A stretch of 64,000 nucleotides of DNA from NCBI RefSeq assembly GCF_009914755.1, contig NC_060926.1, one strand, 5' to 3'. The stretch is from the human T2T-CHM13v2.0 reference genome, Homo sapiens. The notes under the pieces were generated by a model. The model was not told the DNA's origin and searched no databases. It saw only the letters and a program-made list of their open reading frames with translations. Positions 1 through 12,819 of the stretch are shown here, piece by piece. Within the stretch, counting starts at the first letter, position 1, and every line of letters starts with the position of its first letter. The translations under genes were made by a program, and so were the position numbers.

Positions 1-1279
1 GTAAAGGAATTCACCTGGTTTTCTCTGCAAAGCAATACCAAGTGCTGAGGCTTGATGTATTGTTTTGTTCTGCTCTGTTGTCTAATAATATGATAAACTT
101 CTTTCAGCCTTGAGATAAGATGGAAGAAAAATGAAAGGTCTGGAAACACGGCAACACTGGGGAATATAAAAAGCCACATCAGAATTGGGATTTTGAGACA
201 TAACTGAGAAAGCTTGAATCTATTTACTGTGAATTGCTCAAAGGAAATACAAAAACACTGTGGGAAATACGTATATCACTGTATATTGAACACATTTTCT
301 AAGTTTGAAGAACTTGACAGGTTACACCCATATTCTTTTCTTTTCAGGAGCAACAGAGTTTTATGTTATTGTAACATAAACATCCTGTCTTTCTTTTCCT
401 TATTTTTATCTCTTCAATTGGTGCAATCCAGATAAAATAATTAGAAATACTGAGGAAAGGGACTCTTTGCCCATCAATCAACACCTTTAGTGAACACCTT
501 CTTAATACCTCACTGCCTTGTAGAGACAACATTCTCTACCTCAAGAAAGTGCCATCTAGTTATTTCACAGAAAACTTTAATCATGTTTGCATTTTCCACG
601 TAGAATGATCAAAATTAGTGTACTGGGTTTGTGGATCAAAGTAATTAAATTTGCATCGATAATCTTTGTACTTTAAAAAATCTTATTTCCTTTCTTCCTT
701 ATAGCTTATCTAAATCTTACTTTTATCCCCCTTTATTCCACTTTCATTACTCCGGGACACCCACCATGTGAAGTCCATTTTTTGAACTGTATGTTATCCA
801 CTTACAGATCTCTCTCCCTATCATCTGCTTCTTAAACATTCTTCCACTTTTCTCACAGCCAAAAATTTCTCAAGAAAATAATAAAATGAAGCTGATTTTG
901 CCACAACAAAATGAATATGGTTTGATATCAGGAAAGTCAATTTTGTTGCTCACATGATTATTTCAACTTTTTTCTACACTCCTAAAAATGTCTACACAAA
1001 GATGAATAAGACATATTACCTTCACTCAAGGACCTCTTAATGTGTTAGATGAGATAGATGTATCTTTGTAGAATTATAATACAGTCAAGTAAAGGTCAAA
1101 AGAGGAATCCATAATTAAGAAAGGAGAGACTTCACTGAGTATGTACTTATCTACTAGAGTTTTATAGGATAATTTGGGAAGAATGGGAAAAGGCCTTTGC
1201 ACATAGGAAAGACTTTGGGCCCCTTTTCACTCTCTTCTTCCTCTGCATTTTATCTTATACCTCTCTGGCTTCTCTAAGA

Positions 1280-1375
1280 CAAGGGGTGGTAAATTATACC
1301 CACAGGCTAAATCGGGCCTATTAACTTTTTTTTTTCAAATAAAGTTTTATTGGAACACAGCTATGCTTATGCTTT
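1280..1375 (+). mobile_element. MER58A-like hAT-Charlie DNA transposon fragment
   Basis: caaggggtggtaaattatacccacaggctaaatcgggcc...aaataaagttttattggaacacagc resembles the recalled MER58A 5' end. Confidence 0.7.
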
Positions 1376-2188
1376 AGGAAAGTGTCAAAATAATGCTGCT
1401 CAAGTTTTTCCCTTGTATTTTCAATCTGCATTGATTTAGTGCCATATATAAATACTACTTTTGATGGACATTTAGTTTCCTGTCTTTTAACATTACAGTT
1501 AGTGTTTTCTCCATTCCAACAAAATTCTCCTTGATCTTGATGTAATTGTAAAGCTGTGGTCTTTCCTCCACAGTATTAACAAGTATTAACAAACTGAAAT
1601 ACTCCTGGAATTCCAACTGCTTTATAGGAGGTCAACTGTGAAGAGATAAAGAACTCAACAGAATCAAATCAGGAGATGATGCAGATATTGGAATTATCAC
1701 AGTTTTTGGACCCATATGCAATGAACAATTGAAAATGTAGATAAATTTAAAGAAAAACTATCATTTGCAATATCATAAAACACTTGACAATTAAGAATAA
1801 ATCTGACTAAACATGCAAGATGTTTAAGATAATAAAGACAAAATATTGATGAGAGCAATTAAAGACACTTAACAAGGGAGAGGTATACTGTGTTCATGTA
1901 TCTGAAAACTCAGTGTTGTTAGGATGGCATTTCTTCTTGAACTGCTTATAGATTCAATTTAATTTCTATCCAAACACTAGCATGCTTTTTAAATGAACAT
2001 TGGCAAATTAATTATAATATTAATATACAAATGCAAAAAACTTAAAATAGCAAAATGAACTTTGAGAAAGAAAGTGAGAAGGCTTACAGTATCAGGATTT
2101 AAATATTACTATAAATCTACAGTAATCATATTGGCATAAAGATAGACATATGGAACAACAGATAAGAATAAACATTCCATATACAGAA

Positions 2189-2227
2189 ACACACGGACAC
2201 ACATACACACACACACACACACACACT
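2189..2227. repeat. Imperfect (CA)n microsatellite
   Basis: acacacggacacacatacacacacacacacacacacac. Confidence 0.9.
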
Positions 2228-2743
2228 CATTAGCCACTAGATTTTCAACAAATGTGCCATGATACTTCAATGGAGAAATAATATTCTTTTCAACAAATGG
2301 TATTTGAACAACTGGGCATTGCTATACAAATAATATATTTTTTAAAAAACTCAATTTTTAATGTACTCGATTGTACATTATATACAAAAGTTAACTCAAC
2401 CTGGATCCTATAACTAAATCTAAGAACTAAAATTATAAAATGTATCAAGGAGAAAATACAGGAGAAAATTGATAGGACCTTGGATTAGGCATAGATTTTA
2501 TATATAGGTCATGTCAATGCAAATTATTTTCAAAAGTTTGATAAATCCTATTTTATTAGAGTTAAAAACCTCTATTCTTCAAAAACTTTGTTAAGAGTTG
2601 AAAAGGCAGGCCATAACTGGGGAAATATTTGTAAAACATACACCTGATAAAAATACTTATATCCATAATATATCATAGAACTCTTGCAACTCAATAATAA
2701 AAATGTATAAAATAATTGAAGACACTTAACCAAAGAACATATA

Positions 2744-3121
2744 TGTATTAGTCCATTCTCACATTCTATAAAGAACTACCTGAGACTGGGTAATTTCTAA
2801 AGAAAAGAGATTTAATTGGCTCATGGTTCCACAGACTGTATAGGAAACATGGCTGGGGAGGCCTCAGGAAATTTACAATCATTGCAGAAAGCAAGGGGAA
2901 GCAGGCACATCCCACATGGCTGGAACAGGAGTAAGAGAGCAAAGGGAGAGGTGCTACACACTTTTAAACAACCAGATCTTGTGGGAACTCACTATCACAA
3001 GAACAGCAAGGGGGAAATCTGTCCCTATGATCTAATCACCTCCCACTAGACCCCTTCTCCAACAATGAGGATTACAATTCAACTTGAGATTTGATTAGGG
3101 ACACAAATCCAAACCATATCA
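2744..3121 (-). mobile_element. MSTA solo LTR (ERVL-MaLR)
   Basis: Termini tgtattagtcc...aaaccatatca; 5-bp TSD atata/acata; typical body ggaggcctcaggaaatttacaatcat. Confidence 0.9.
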
Positions 3122-3944
3122 ACATACGTTAAGCAAAAAAGCACATAAAAAGATAGTCAACATCATTTGTCATTAGGGAAGTGCAAATTAAAACCACAAT
3201 GAAATACTACTACTTACCACTAGAATGGCTAAAATGTAAAAGTACAACACCAAGTACTGAGAGGGTGTAAATTAACTTAACTCATATATTACTGCTGGGA
3301 ATTCACGATGACATGAATTCCCAGCTTTGGGAAAGAGCTCCGCAGTTTCTTAGAACATTACACTTACTTCCCGTATATCCCAGCAATCCCACTCCTGTAT
3401 ATTTACCTAACAGAAATAAAAGTGCACATCTATTCAAAGTTCTACACACTAATATTTGTAAACATTTTTATTGATAATAGCCTCAAACTGGAATCAACAA
3501 AATACCCATTAATAAGCTGGATACAGATATATCATTCAATTCCACTAAGCAATGAAAAACACTAATACATGTGACAACATGAATGAATTACAAGATCATT
3601 TTACTGAGTGCAAGAATCCAGATGTAAAAAGATATATATTATTTGATTCGATTTGTATGACTTTATGACAAAGGCAAAATTCTAGCATCAAAAATTTGAT
3701 TGGTGACTGATAGCGACTGGAATATCGGAAAAGAGATTGACTATTAGCGAGCATGAGCAAAATTTTTGAGATGATGAAACTGTTTTATATCTTGATGGTG
3801 GTGGTGGTGATGTGAATGTCTATACATTTTCCAAGATCATTAAACTGTATATTTAAAACGGTGAACTTTATTCTATATAAATTATATCTTAGTAATACTG
3901 ACTTAAAAACAAAATATTAATCTCTTTTTCATACATCAAAACCG

Positions 3945-4365
3945 TACTTCCAGTTGACTAAAGACCATATCCACCTGGATGTACTACCAGGTACACGCAT
4001 TGCCATACTGAATGCCAAACACATCTATGTCTAGGCTTTGTCTTGATTTTTCTGATAAAACAAGTATTTTTACTCTCACCCAGACTAGAAACTTTTGAGT
4101 TAATTTTGATTCCTCTATTTTCTTCACATTCAGTAAACTTGCAATTATTTCAAGGCCTAATTTTTCCAAGGCTCTTGCATCCACTTCCACTTTCCATTTC
4201 TTTTTGCCTCATTTTCATCCTAGGCATCATTGAGTTTTCTCTTTCCTGTCAAAACTGCTTTTTATCTAATGTCTGAGTCTCCACGTGTCCCCATTCTAAC
4301 CACACATTTTTGCTAGATTAATAGTCTCAAGCAAACACCATAGGTAGTGTCATGGTTCTGCCATT
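3945..4365 (+). mobile_element. L2 LINE fragment
   Basis: atatccacctggatgt...cagactagaaacttttgagttaattttgattcctct resembles L2 ORF2 3' region. Confidence 0.55.
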
Positions 4366-4424
4366 TATTAGATATTTTATGTTGAGAAATTTAATTTCTT
4401 TTAGCTTTCGCTTTCAAAAAAATG

Positions 4425-6135
4425 TGTTCATCTATTCAGTTAACAACTATTTATTAAACACCTACCGATTGCCAATCCCTGTTCTAGGTACTGCAGTAAT
4501 GAGACTAAATCTCTGCTTTTGCAGAACTTATTTTCCAGTGGGGAAAGGCAAATATAAAACAAGTAGAAAATAAGCACAATAATTTTAGATGTTTATAAGT
4601 TCTCTGAAAACAATAGAGTATAATGATATAACACGTTTAGGTAGTTTGGAAAATTATAGTCGAGTCAATGACCTTAGATTCAGCGATCAAGGAAGGCCTT
4701 CTGACATTTTCAGTGGGATCCAAATAATGTGAAGAAGCTTATTCTGAGCAAATCTACGGACAATAATTCAAGGAGAAAGAACAGTGAGTGCAAATGTCTT
4801 GAGGTTGGAAGATGTTTGATAAGAAGAAGAAAGGCCAGTGTGACTAGAGAGTAATGAGTGTAGCCAGACATGGGAAGGTGGAAATGATCTCAGAGAATTA
4901 TCTATCTGCAGGTCACCCATGGCCTTATGGAACATTACAAGGTGCTTGAAATTTCTACAGGCAGTAGAGGAAAAATGAAGGATTTTAAGCAAGGCACTCA
5001 ATGAATCTGAGATATATATATATATATAATTTTTTTTTTTTATTTTAAGACGGAGTCTCGCTCTGCACCCAGGCTGGAGTGCAGTGGCGAGATCTCAGCT
5101 CACTGGAAACTGTCCATCTCAGGTTCACGCCATTCTCCTGCCTCAGCCTCCAGAGTAGCTGGGACTATAGGTGCCCACCACCACACCCAGCTAACTTTTT
5201 GTATTTTTAGTAGAGAAGGGGTTTCACCATGTTAGCCAGGATGGTCTTGATCTCCTGACCTCGTGGTCCGCCCACCTCGGCCTCCCAAAGTGCTGGGATT
5301 ACAGGCGTGAGCCACTGCACCTGGCCAAATCGGATTTATATTTATAAAAATAAGCCTTATGATAGAAAATAGATTAAAAGAAGGAAGGGAAAATGCAGAG
5401 ATACTGGCTAGACATTATTCCAGTAGTCTACATAAAAAATAATGGGTAGGGCTAGAATGATAGTGGTGGGCATACTGAGATATGAATGGATTTTACTAGG
5501 TTTTGAGGTTGATCCATCAGGATTTGCTTACATACAAAGGCAAGTGGAGAAAAAAAGGAACCACACATTATTTCTAGGTTGTTGACCTAAACAGCTGGGT
5601 AGATAGTGACACAATTCACTTAACTGAAAAAAATCTCAGAAAAAATACATTCCAGGGGGAATTTAAGAGTGTTCTGAATACATTAATATTGAGGTGCCTA
5701 TGGGATATTCAGATAGGTTCCTGATCAGGAATATATGCTAAGCAGAAAGATTGACATAGGATTCTAGAGCTCAAGAGGGTGGTTAGGACTAGTGACATAT
5801 ATTTGGAGTAATCAGAAAATACAATACACGGTATTAGAAATTTATGGGCATGGGAGATACTACATGGGCAGATAACAGAATACTATGCAGAATTGAGCCT
5901 TTGGGCATTCAAAATGTAGATCCTGGGAAGGCAAGACAGCAAAAGGGATTGGGAGAATGGCGAGGGAACTTGAATATTACTAAAAGTGTAGTATCAGAGA
6001 TGCCAAAAGAATAATTTTAAAAAGGAGGAGTAATCAACTCTGTTAAATATTACCAAGATAATAATTAAGATGAGGAAAAGAAAAGGCAATTGAGCTGGAT
6101 GATTTTTATAATATGACAAAAGTAAGTTCGGTAGA
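4425..6135 (-). mobile_element. L2 (L2a-like) LINE, interrupted by an AluY
   Basis: Reverse-complement L2 3' end (ttcagttaacaactatttattaaacacctac...tgttctaggtactg) followed by purine-rich L2 body. Confidence 0.75.
5030..5326 (-). mobile_element. AluY
   Basis: Full dimer with poly-T; Y diagnostics ttcacgccattctcc, gttagccaggatggtcttgatctcctgacctcgtg. Confidence 0.95.
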
Positions 6136-6505
6136 GTGTGCTACAGAAGCTAAGTAGTTTGCCTAGATATAATTAAAACGTTATTGGTACTATGAAAATC
6201 AAAAACAGATGGTGAAACCATCCTGAGAATGGCATCATATAGGAAAATATTCTTTAAAATCCCAGTGGATTCGCTTTTGACCAATAGGTCTTCTAGGATA
6301 GTTTTAAGTAATAGCAAGTATAAGAAAGAGTTTTGGAATATTATATTTGGGAGTCTTCTTTATCTGAATGGGAATTAAGATCAGAATGATAAGAGTTTTA
6401 GAAAGAAACGGGGTGACGAAAGCAAAAGTGTGACACTGGCATTAGTGGCAAGGTTAATAAAAAAATCCCAAATATGCCATATTAAGGCAGAAATTACATT
6501 ACCAT

Positions 6506-6969
6506 TGTCAAAAGAAAAATTATAACAAATTTATTTATAGATCTCATCGGCTTTTATTCACAATTCATGAATTGGAGCAGCCTCGATTCTCCGAAATAGA
6601 GTGGGAGTTCCCACTGAGCAATAGCGGAACAGTGAGTTTTATAAAGTGTGGGCCAGAAAACAGAACAATAGAGAAAAAGAAGAAGCTGATTGATTTATAT
6701 TTAGTAACTTCATGTTACTTTTTTTTTTTTTTTTTTTTTTGTAAGGGTTAAAGCAGAGGGAATGTCCTTATTGTGTTGATTCGGGTAGACTGAAATTTTC
6801 TGTTTTTAGGAAAAACTAGTCTTTTTCAGGATCTATCCGCTTCTTTAAAGCTTCATTTTGATTGTATGACATTTAACATGAGTGACTCACTTTTGGTGGG
6901 TCTGGTCTATTGGGACCTAGTGCAAGAGGTCAGTCGAAAACAACGGTCTCACATAATGTTTGTTTAACC
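6506..6969 (-). mobile_element. MER31-family ERV1 solo LTR with an internal T22 run
   Basis: tgtcaaaag...ggcttttattcacaattcatgaatt...gtaagggttaaagcagaggg...catgagtgactc...ctagtgca...tgtttaac matches recalled MER31 reverse complement. Confidence 0.75.
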
Positions 6970-8659
6970 CTGTAAATCTGTGAATTATTTGTGCAGGTAT
7001 GATAATACCATGCTCAGAAATCATACAATTGCATTCCCTTTATTTATTAATGGAGATACAGAGAGGAGTGAAAGCATTTGGTATCCTAAAATACTGAGAT
7101 TATGCTTAGAAATGATCCAAGTTCATAAGTACATTTCCTGTTGAAGTAGGCAAATTATCTAGCTGAAAATTCTCATTAAAGGATTTCATGGGCCAGGTTA
7201 AAACCTGTACTACTTAAAACGGTATTGAAAGGAATTTCAATGCAAGACTCATCTATTTCTATTTGCTCTGTGCTAACTTTGAAATGACATTTATGTAATC
7301 TTTACTTGTATGCAGATTTATGTTAATGACATAACTGATGCTTGGAATCTAAATTGATGTGGAGTGAAAGCAAAGTACTGTAATTAAAGCTTTGTGAATA
7401 TTGGCCTTTCTGAAAAGAATCTTGAAATATCAATGGAATTCAGTTGTACATACAATGTGTCAGGTCTGCGTGGATTGAGCATATAGGGATTTCATTATAT
7501 ATTCCTTTGCCAGCATCAAGCTTATAATAGATGTGAGAATAGAGGGGTTTCTCTACAAATATACTTTAAAAAGAATAATAGGTAGACTGTCCATTACTGA
7601 GATTAAGTATTTGAAGTCTTCAAAACATTTCTACTATTTTCTTTTTGGATAGGTGGCTAGAAAATAATACACTAATCTGATTTTTTATTAACAATACACT
7701 TACTTTGACTTCTAATAGCCTGTTCATAGAATTAACTTTAAGGCTGAAAGGAAAATGAGCTTCAAGAACGTTTATTCTATAGAAACTGCAATTAATATTC
7801 TTTGTGCTTTATCCAGTATAATGAAATTGATAATTCCCTTTAGGGAGTCAGCCAGTTGGGAAATAGATGGAATTTTTAAGAATATATTAATTTAGAAGAT
7901 CCTGGATTATAGTTGAATCTAGACTAATTGTATCCCTAAGTAAATGATAGGTTTGGTCCCTTACCTCTGTTTGTTTTCTTTGTGATTATTTTCCTTAATG
8001 TACTTACACTTTTCACAACCGCATGTCACAGCTAGTATCTACTTAATTAAACCTTTATATTTCATTGCAGCAGATGTATTGCCTTATCTAATAGTAATAG
8101 GTTTTCATCACATACAGGGTGACCTGCCTGCACAATTGAGTTGCTGTCAATTCCTAGCATGGTGAGCACATGCCTATCCCTGCTCTATTCCTATGTGTAA
8201 CAAGCTGCTTCCTCATTTTTTTAATTCCTAGGTTGCATAGATCTCTGCTCAGCAAACAAATAAACATCCCATCATCTATATTCACTTATTGTCTGCTTTT
8301 CTAACATGAATCCCAAGTGGATGAATGTTTCTATATGCTTTTGTGTTGAAAAGTCAATTGTTAGTAGGGTCTTCTTTTGCTATACTTGTTATCTTCAACT
8401 ATCACTTATATGTAAGCTGTTTATTGTGGCAATAACTTCTGCTGAAAAACTAACCTGTTCTACTGAGAATTCTATCAATGTAAATAGATAAACAGATGCT
8501 GGATTACACATATCTGTACAGAACTTTCCTAATGCTCTATCTTACTATTACCAGTATTTTATAAAACACATGCACACAAAGAACAACTACAAAACCGACT
8601 TTTGGGAAAGGTTGTATTAAACTAACTCTCCTATTCAAAAGCAATTATATACTCTGAAC

Positions 8660-8734
8660 TATATATATATCTGTATTATATATATGTAGTGTGTGCACAT
8701 GCAAGCACACAAACACACACACACACTCACACAC
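8660..8734. repeat. Compound (TA)n/(TG)n/(CA)n low-complexity microsatellite
   Basis: Directly visible. Confidence 0.8.
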
Positions 8735-10241
8735 AATTATTCGCAAGCACTGAAGAGTGACCAAAAGCAGGCAGAAACAGAGGGGGGATTCAGTCCTTGA
8801 AAAAAAATAACACTGAGTGAAAGCCACATTGATATGACATGCTCTAATTAGAATACAGAAAGCTGCTGTTTTATCACCTGAGGAGTCAGCGGTTGGAGCA
8901 TGGGGTTGTAAAGCAGCTGAAGATTGAAAGGTGATGTCTTTGAAGTGAGGACGCTGCATAAAAGAGAGCCTTCAAATCTGCATGCAACACCCCTCAAATC
9001 TTTGGCCGACCTCTAATCTATGCATGAATGGGACACATTCCAAGTAGTCCAGGGGAAAACATTAGTTAATTGAACTAAAGTACTGAGCAGAAATTTAGCG
9101 GCTGCTTCCTGGAGGGGAAAGAAAATCTTATTCAGTTAGAGAGACTCTAGGACTAAGGAAAAAAATTAAAATGGATCAGTCTTTACAAACATAAAACCAA
9201 GCCTTCACATATTAAGAGATCCATTGGTAATGTAATTGGCTGACAGAATAAAACTCAATAAATTATTAGAGGAAAATGACAAATCCAGACTATCTACAAG
9301 ATATTCAAGGTATTATGCCCAATTATAAGATTTGTTAATATACCAAAAAAAAGTGTTAGTAGAACAGAATGACAGATTATCTCAATATTAGAATTATCAG
9401 GCAAGGACATTAAAATAACTCTGATAAATATATAATAAAATATGTATGAAAAAGATTTCTTAAGAGATGGACAATTGAAAGACATATATGAAAATTACTA
9501 AAAAGAACTATATGGGAAGTCAACAATTGGGAAAAATTAGTACATTTAATTTAAAAAATGATTGGTGTAATATTTAATAATAATACAAAGATCAACTCAT
9601 TAGGAATAATTACCAAATATGTACATAGTTAATAATAAACTATCAAAATATATGAAACAAAACTTAACAGAATAAAGAGAACAATTTTTTAAAAGTGCAG
9701 GATTTTAGTACCATTCTCTCTCTAGTTGATGGAACAAGTAAGCAAATGCCAGGCAAACTACAAATATATAGGAGATTTAAATAGCAACATCAATTTGGCC
9801 AAATTGACATTAATAGATCACTAAAATATACCTCATTTTTAAGTGTACATAGAACAAGCGCCATAATAGACCATATATTGGGCTAAAAAATAAGTCAGAT
9901 TTTAAAATATTAAAATCGTTTAGAGCATATTCTCTAACACAATTAGAAATAGTTAAAAACCAATATAATAACATTTCTAGAATATCTTGCACAGTTTTAG
10001 AATTTATGCAACACAATTCTAAATAATGGATAAGTCAAAGAAAAAAATCACAAGAAAAATTAGAAAAAGGTTTTTACCTGAATGATAATAAAAATTTGTG
10101 CAGCATATCAAAATTTGTCTTGGAAACTTCTTGACTACAAACACCATAAACATTATACAAGAAACTAGAAAACATTTCTAAGAAAAAATTTAGAAGACAG
10201 GTAGATTGAGAGATATACTGTCTTCAAGAATTGGAAGACTA

Positions 10242-10539
10242 GGCTGGGCACGGTGGCTCACACCCAGCACTTTTGGGAGGCCAAGGCGGGTATATTACCT
10301 GAGGTCAGGAGTTCAAGACCAGCCTGGCCAACATGGCAAAACCCTGTCTCTACTAAAAAATACAAAAATTAGCCAGGTGTGGTGGCAGGTGCCTGTAATC
10401 CCAGCTACTCCGGAGGCTGAGGCAGGGAGAATTACTTGAAGCCAGGAGGCAGAAGTTGCAGTGAGCTGAGATCACGCCACTGTACTCCAGCCTAGGTGAC
10501 ACAGTGAGACTCTGTCTCAGAAAAAAAAAAAAAAAAAAA
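10242..10539 (+). mobile_element. AluSx-like
   Basis: ggctgggcacggtggctca...cctgaggtcaggagttcaagaccagcctggccaacatgg...poly-A; degenerate TSD aagaattggaagacta/aggaattgaaaatta. Confidence 0.95.
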
Positions 10540-10811
10540 GGAATTGAAAATTAAATATTGTTAAGATATAAATTTTTCCAAAATTGTTCTCAGATTCAAT
10601 ACCCTTCTAACAAAAATCTCAGTAAGCTTTTTTGTAAAATTTGATAATCTCATTTAAAAATGTGTATGAAAATGTAAATGACTTCTTAGAGTCAAAATAA
10701 TTTTGAAAAACAACAAAGTTGGTGGACTTATACTCCCTGATTACTATGGCAATCCAGAAAGCAGTTTTTAGATAAGGATAAGCAACTAAATCAATAGAAG
10801 AGAAAAAAACC

Positions 10812-12346
10812 CCTCTCCCTATCCCCCTCCCCCTCCCCCTCCCTCTCCCTCTGTCTCCCCCACAGTCTCCCTCTCCCTCTCTTTCCACGGTCTCCCTCTG
10901 ATGCCGAGCCGAAGCTGGACTGTACTGCTGCCATCTCGGCTCACTGCAACCTCCCTGCCTGATTCTCCTGCCTCAGCCTGCCGAGTGCCTGCGATTGCAG
11001 GCACGCGCTGCCACGCCTGACTAGTTTTCGTATTTTTTTGGTGGAGACGGGGTTTCGCTGTGTTGGCCGGGCTGGTCTCCAGCTCCTAACCGCGAGTGAT
11101 CTGCCAGCCTCGGCCTCCCGAGGTGCCGGGATTGCAGACGGAGTCTCGTTCACTCAGTGCTCAATGTTGCCCAGGCTGGAGTGCAGTGGCGTGATCTCGG
11201 CTAGCTACAACCTCCACCTCCCAGCCGCCTGCTTTGGCCTCCCAAAGTGCTGAGATTGCAGCCTCTGCCCGGCCGCCACTCCGTCTGGGAAGTGAGGAGC
11301 ATCTCTGCCTGGCCACCCATGGTCTGGGATGCGAGGAGCCCCTCTGCCCGGCTGCCCAGTCTGGGAAGTGAGGAGTGCCTCTTCCCGGCCGCCACCCCGT
11401 CTAGGAAGTGAGGAGCGTCTCTGCCCGGCCGCCCATCGTCTGAGATGTGGGGAGCCCCTCTGCCCCGCCGCCCCGTCTGGGATGTGAGGAGCGCCTCTGC
11501 CCGGCCGCCCCGTCTGAGAAGTGAGGAGCCCCTCCGCCCGGCAGCCGCCCCACCTGAGAAGTGAGGAGCCCCTCCGCCCGGCAGCTGCCCCGTCTGGGAA
11601 GTGAGGAGCATCTCCGCCTGACAGTCGCCCCATCCGGGAGGTGGGGGGCAGCCCCCACCCGGCCAGCCGCCCCGTCCGGGAGGGAGGTGGGGGCGCCTCC
11701 GCCCCGCCGCCGCCCCATCCAGGAGGTGGGGGGCGCCTCTGCCTGGCCGCCCCTTCTGGGAAGTGAGGAGCCCCTCTGCCCGGCCACCACCCCGTCTGGG
11801 AGGTGTACCCAACAGCTCATTGAGAACCGGCCATGATGACGATGGCGGTTTTGTCGAATAGAAATGGGGGAAATGTGGGGAAAAGATACAGAAATCAGAT
11901 TGTTGCTGTGTCTGTGTAGAAAGAAGTAGACATAGGAGACTCCATTTTGTTCTGTACTAAGAAAAATTCTTCTGCCTTGGGATGCTGTTGATCTATGACC
12001 TTACCCCCAACCCGGTGCTCTCTGAAACATGTGCTGTGTCCACTCAGGGTTAAATGGATTAAGGGCAGTGCAAGATGTGCTTTGTTAAACAGATGTTTGA
12101 AGGCAGCATGCTCCTTAAGAGTCATCACCACTCCCTAATCTCAAGTACCCAGGGACACAAACACTGCGGAAGGCCACAGGATCCTCTGCCTAGGAAAACC
12201 AGAGACCTGTGTTCACTTGTTTATCTGCTGACCTTCCCTCCACTATTGTCCTATGACCCTGCCAAATCCCCCTCTGCGAGAAACACCCAAGAATGATCAA
12301 TAAAAAAATAAATAAATTAAAAAAAACAGAAAAAAAAAAAAAAAAC
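10812..12346 (+). mobile_element. Full-length SVA retrotransposon (SVA_B/C-like)
   Basis: CCCTCT-type hexamers to ~10880, antisense Alu-like domain to ~11250, GC-rich VNTR to ~11810, SINE-R, AATAAA at 12299-12304 and A-tail; candidate TSD agaaaaaaacc at 10801-10811 and 12347-12357. Confidence 0.98.
11255..11810 (+). repeat. SVA VNTR (~37-50 bp GC-rich units)
   Basis: Repeating gcctctgcccggccgccccgtctgggaagtgaggagc units. Confidence 0.95.
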
Positions 12347-12430
12347 AGAAAAAAACCTACCTGATGGCTTAGCCATTTCATTCCTAGATATTTACCTAAG
12401 AGAAGAAAAACGTATGTCCACCAAGAATTC

Positions 12431-12819
12431 TGTATTAGTTCATTTTCACACTGTTATAAAGAAATGCCTGAGACTGGGTAATTTATAAAGGAAAGAGGTT
12501 TAATTGACTCACAGTTCTGCAGGCTTAACAGGAAGCATGTCTAGGAGGCCTCAGGAAACTTACAATCATGGCAGAAGGTAAAAGGGAAGCAGGCACCTTT
12601 TCACAAGGCAGCAGGAGAGAGAGGAAGAGAGCACAAGGCGGGAAGAGCTCCACACTTATCAAACAAGCAGATCTCGTAAGACTTACTCCTCACTATCCCA
12701 TGGGAGTAGCATGAGGAAAACCACCCCCATATTTTAATCACCAACCAGATCCCTCCCTCGACACATGAGGATTACAATTTGGATTACAATTCGAGATGAG
12801 ACACAACCAAACCATATCA
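12431..12819 (-). mobile_element. THE1D-like solo LTR (ERVL-MaLR)
   Basis: Termini tgtattagtt...aaaccatatca; tccctccctcgacacatgaggattacaatt diagnostic. Confidence 0.88.

Larger units (their letters stand above)
1715..3910 (+). mobile_element. Ancient L1M (L1MC/MD/ME-type) LINE: decayed 3' half of ORF2 plus 3'UTR, interrupted by an MSTA LTR
   Basis: Degenerate ORF2 motifs (tagattcaat, ttcaacaaatggt, gcaaattaaaaccacaatga, cccagcaatcccactcct) and an L1M-type 3' end (gatgaaactgttttatatcttgat...aaattatatct). Confidence 0.85.

Noticed and set aside
330-350. Strong acceptor tattcttttcttttcag at 347 (and ttgttttcttctacag at 25100)
   Set aside because: No convincing paired donor or coding frame; such tracts are frequent in T-rich DNA
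1572-1592. Short tandem duplications (agtattaaca x2; also ~32138 and ~36873) and isolated A-runs at ~31958 and ~39192
   Set aside because: Routine slippage products with no further structure
11255-11810. Repeat array superficially like CRISPR
   Set aside because: Tandem degenerate units without unique spacers, no cas genes, primate context; it is the SVA VNTR
11201-11836. Overlapping 91-203 aa GC-rich ORFs
   Set aside because: They lie within the SVA VNTR; repetitive GC-rich sequence lacks stops, and there is no evidence of a gene
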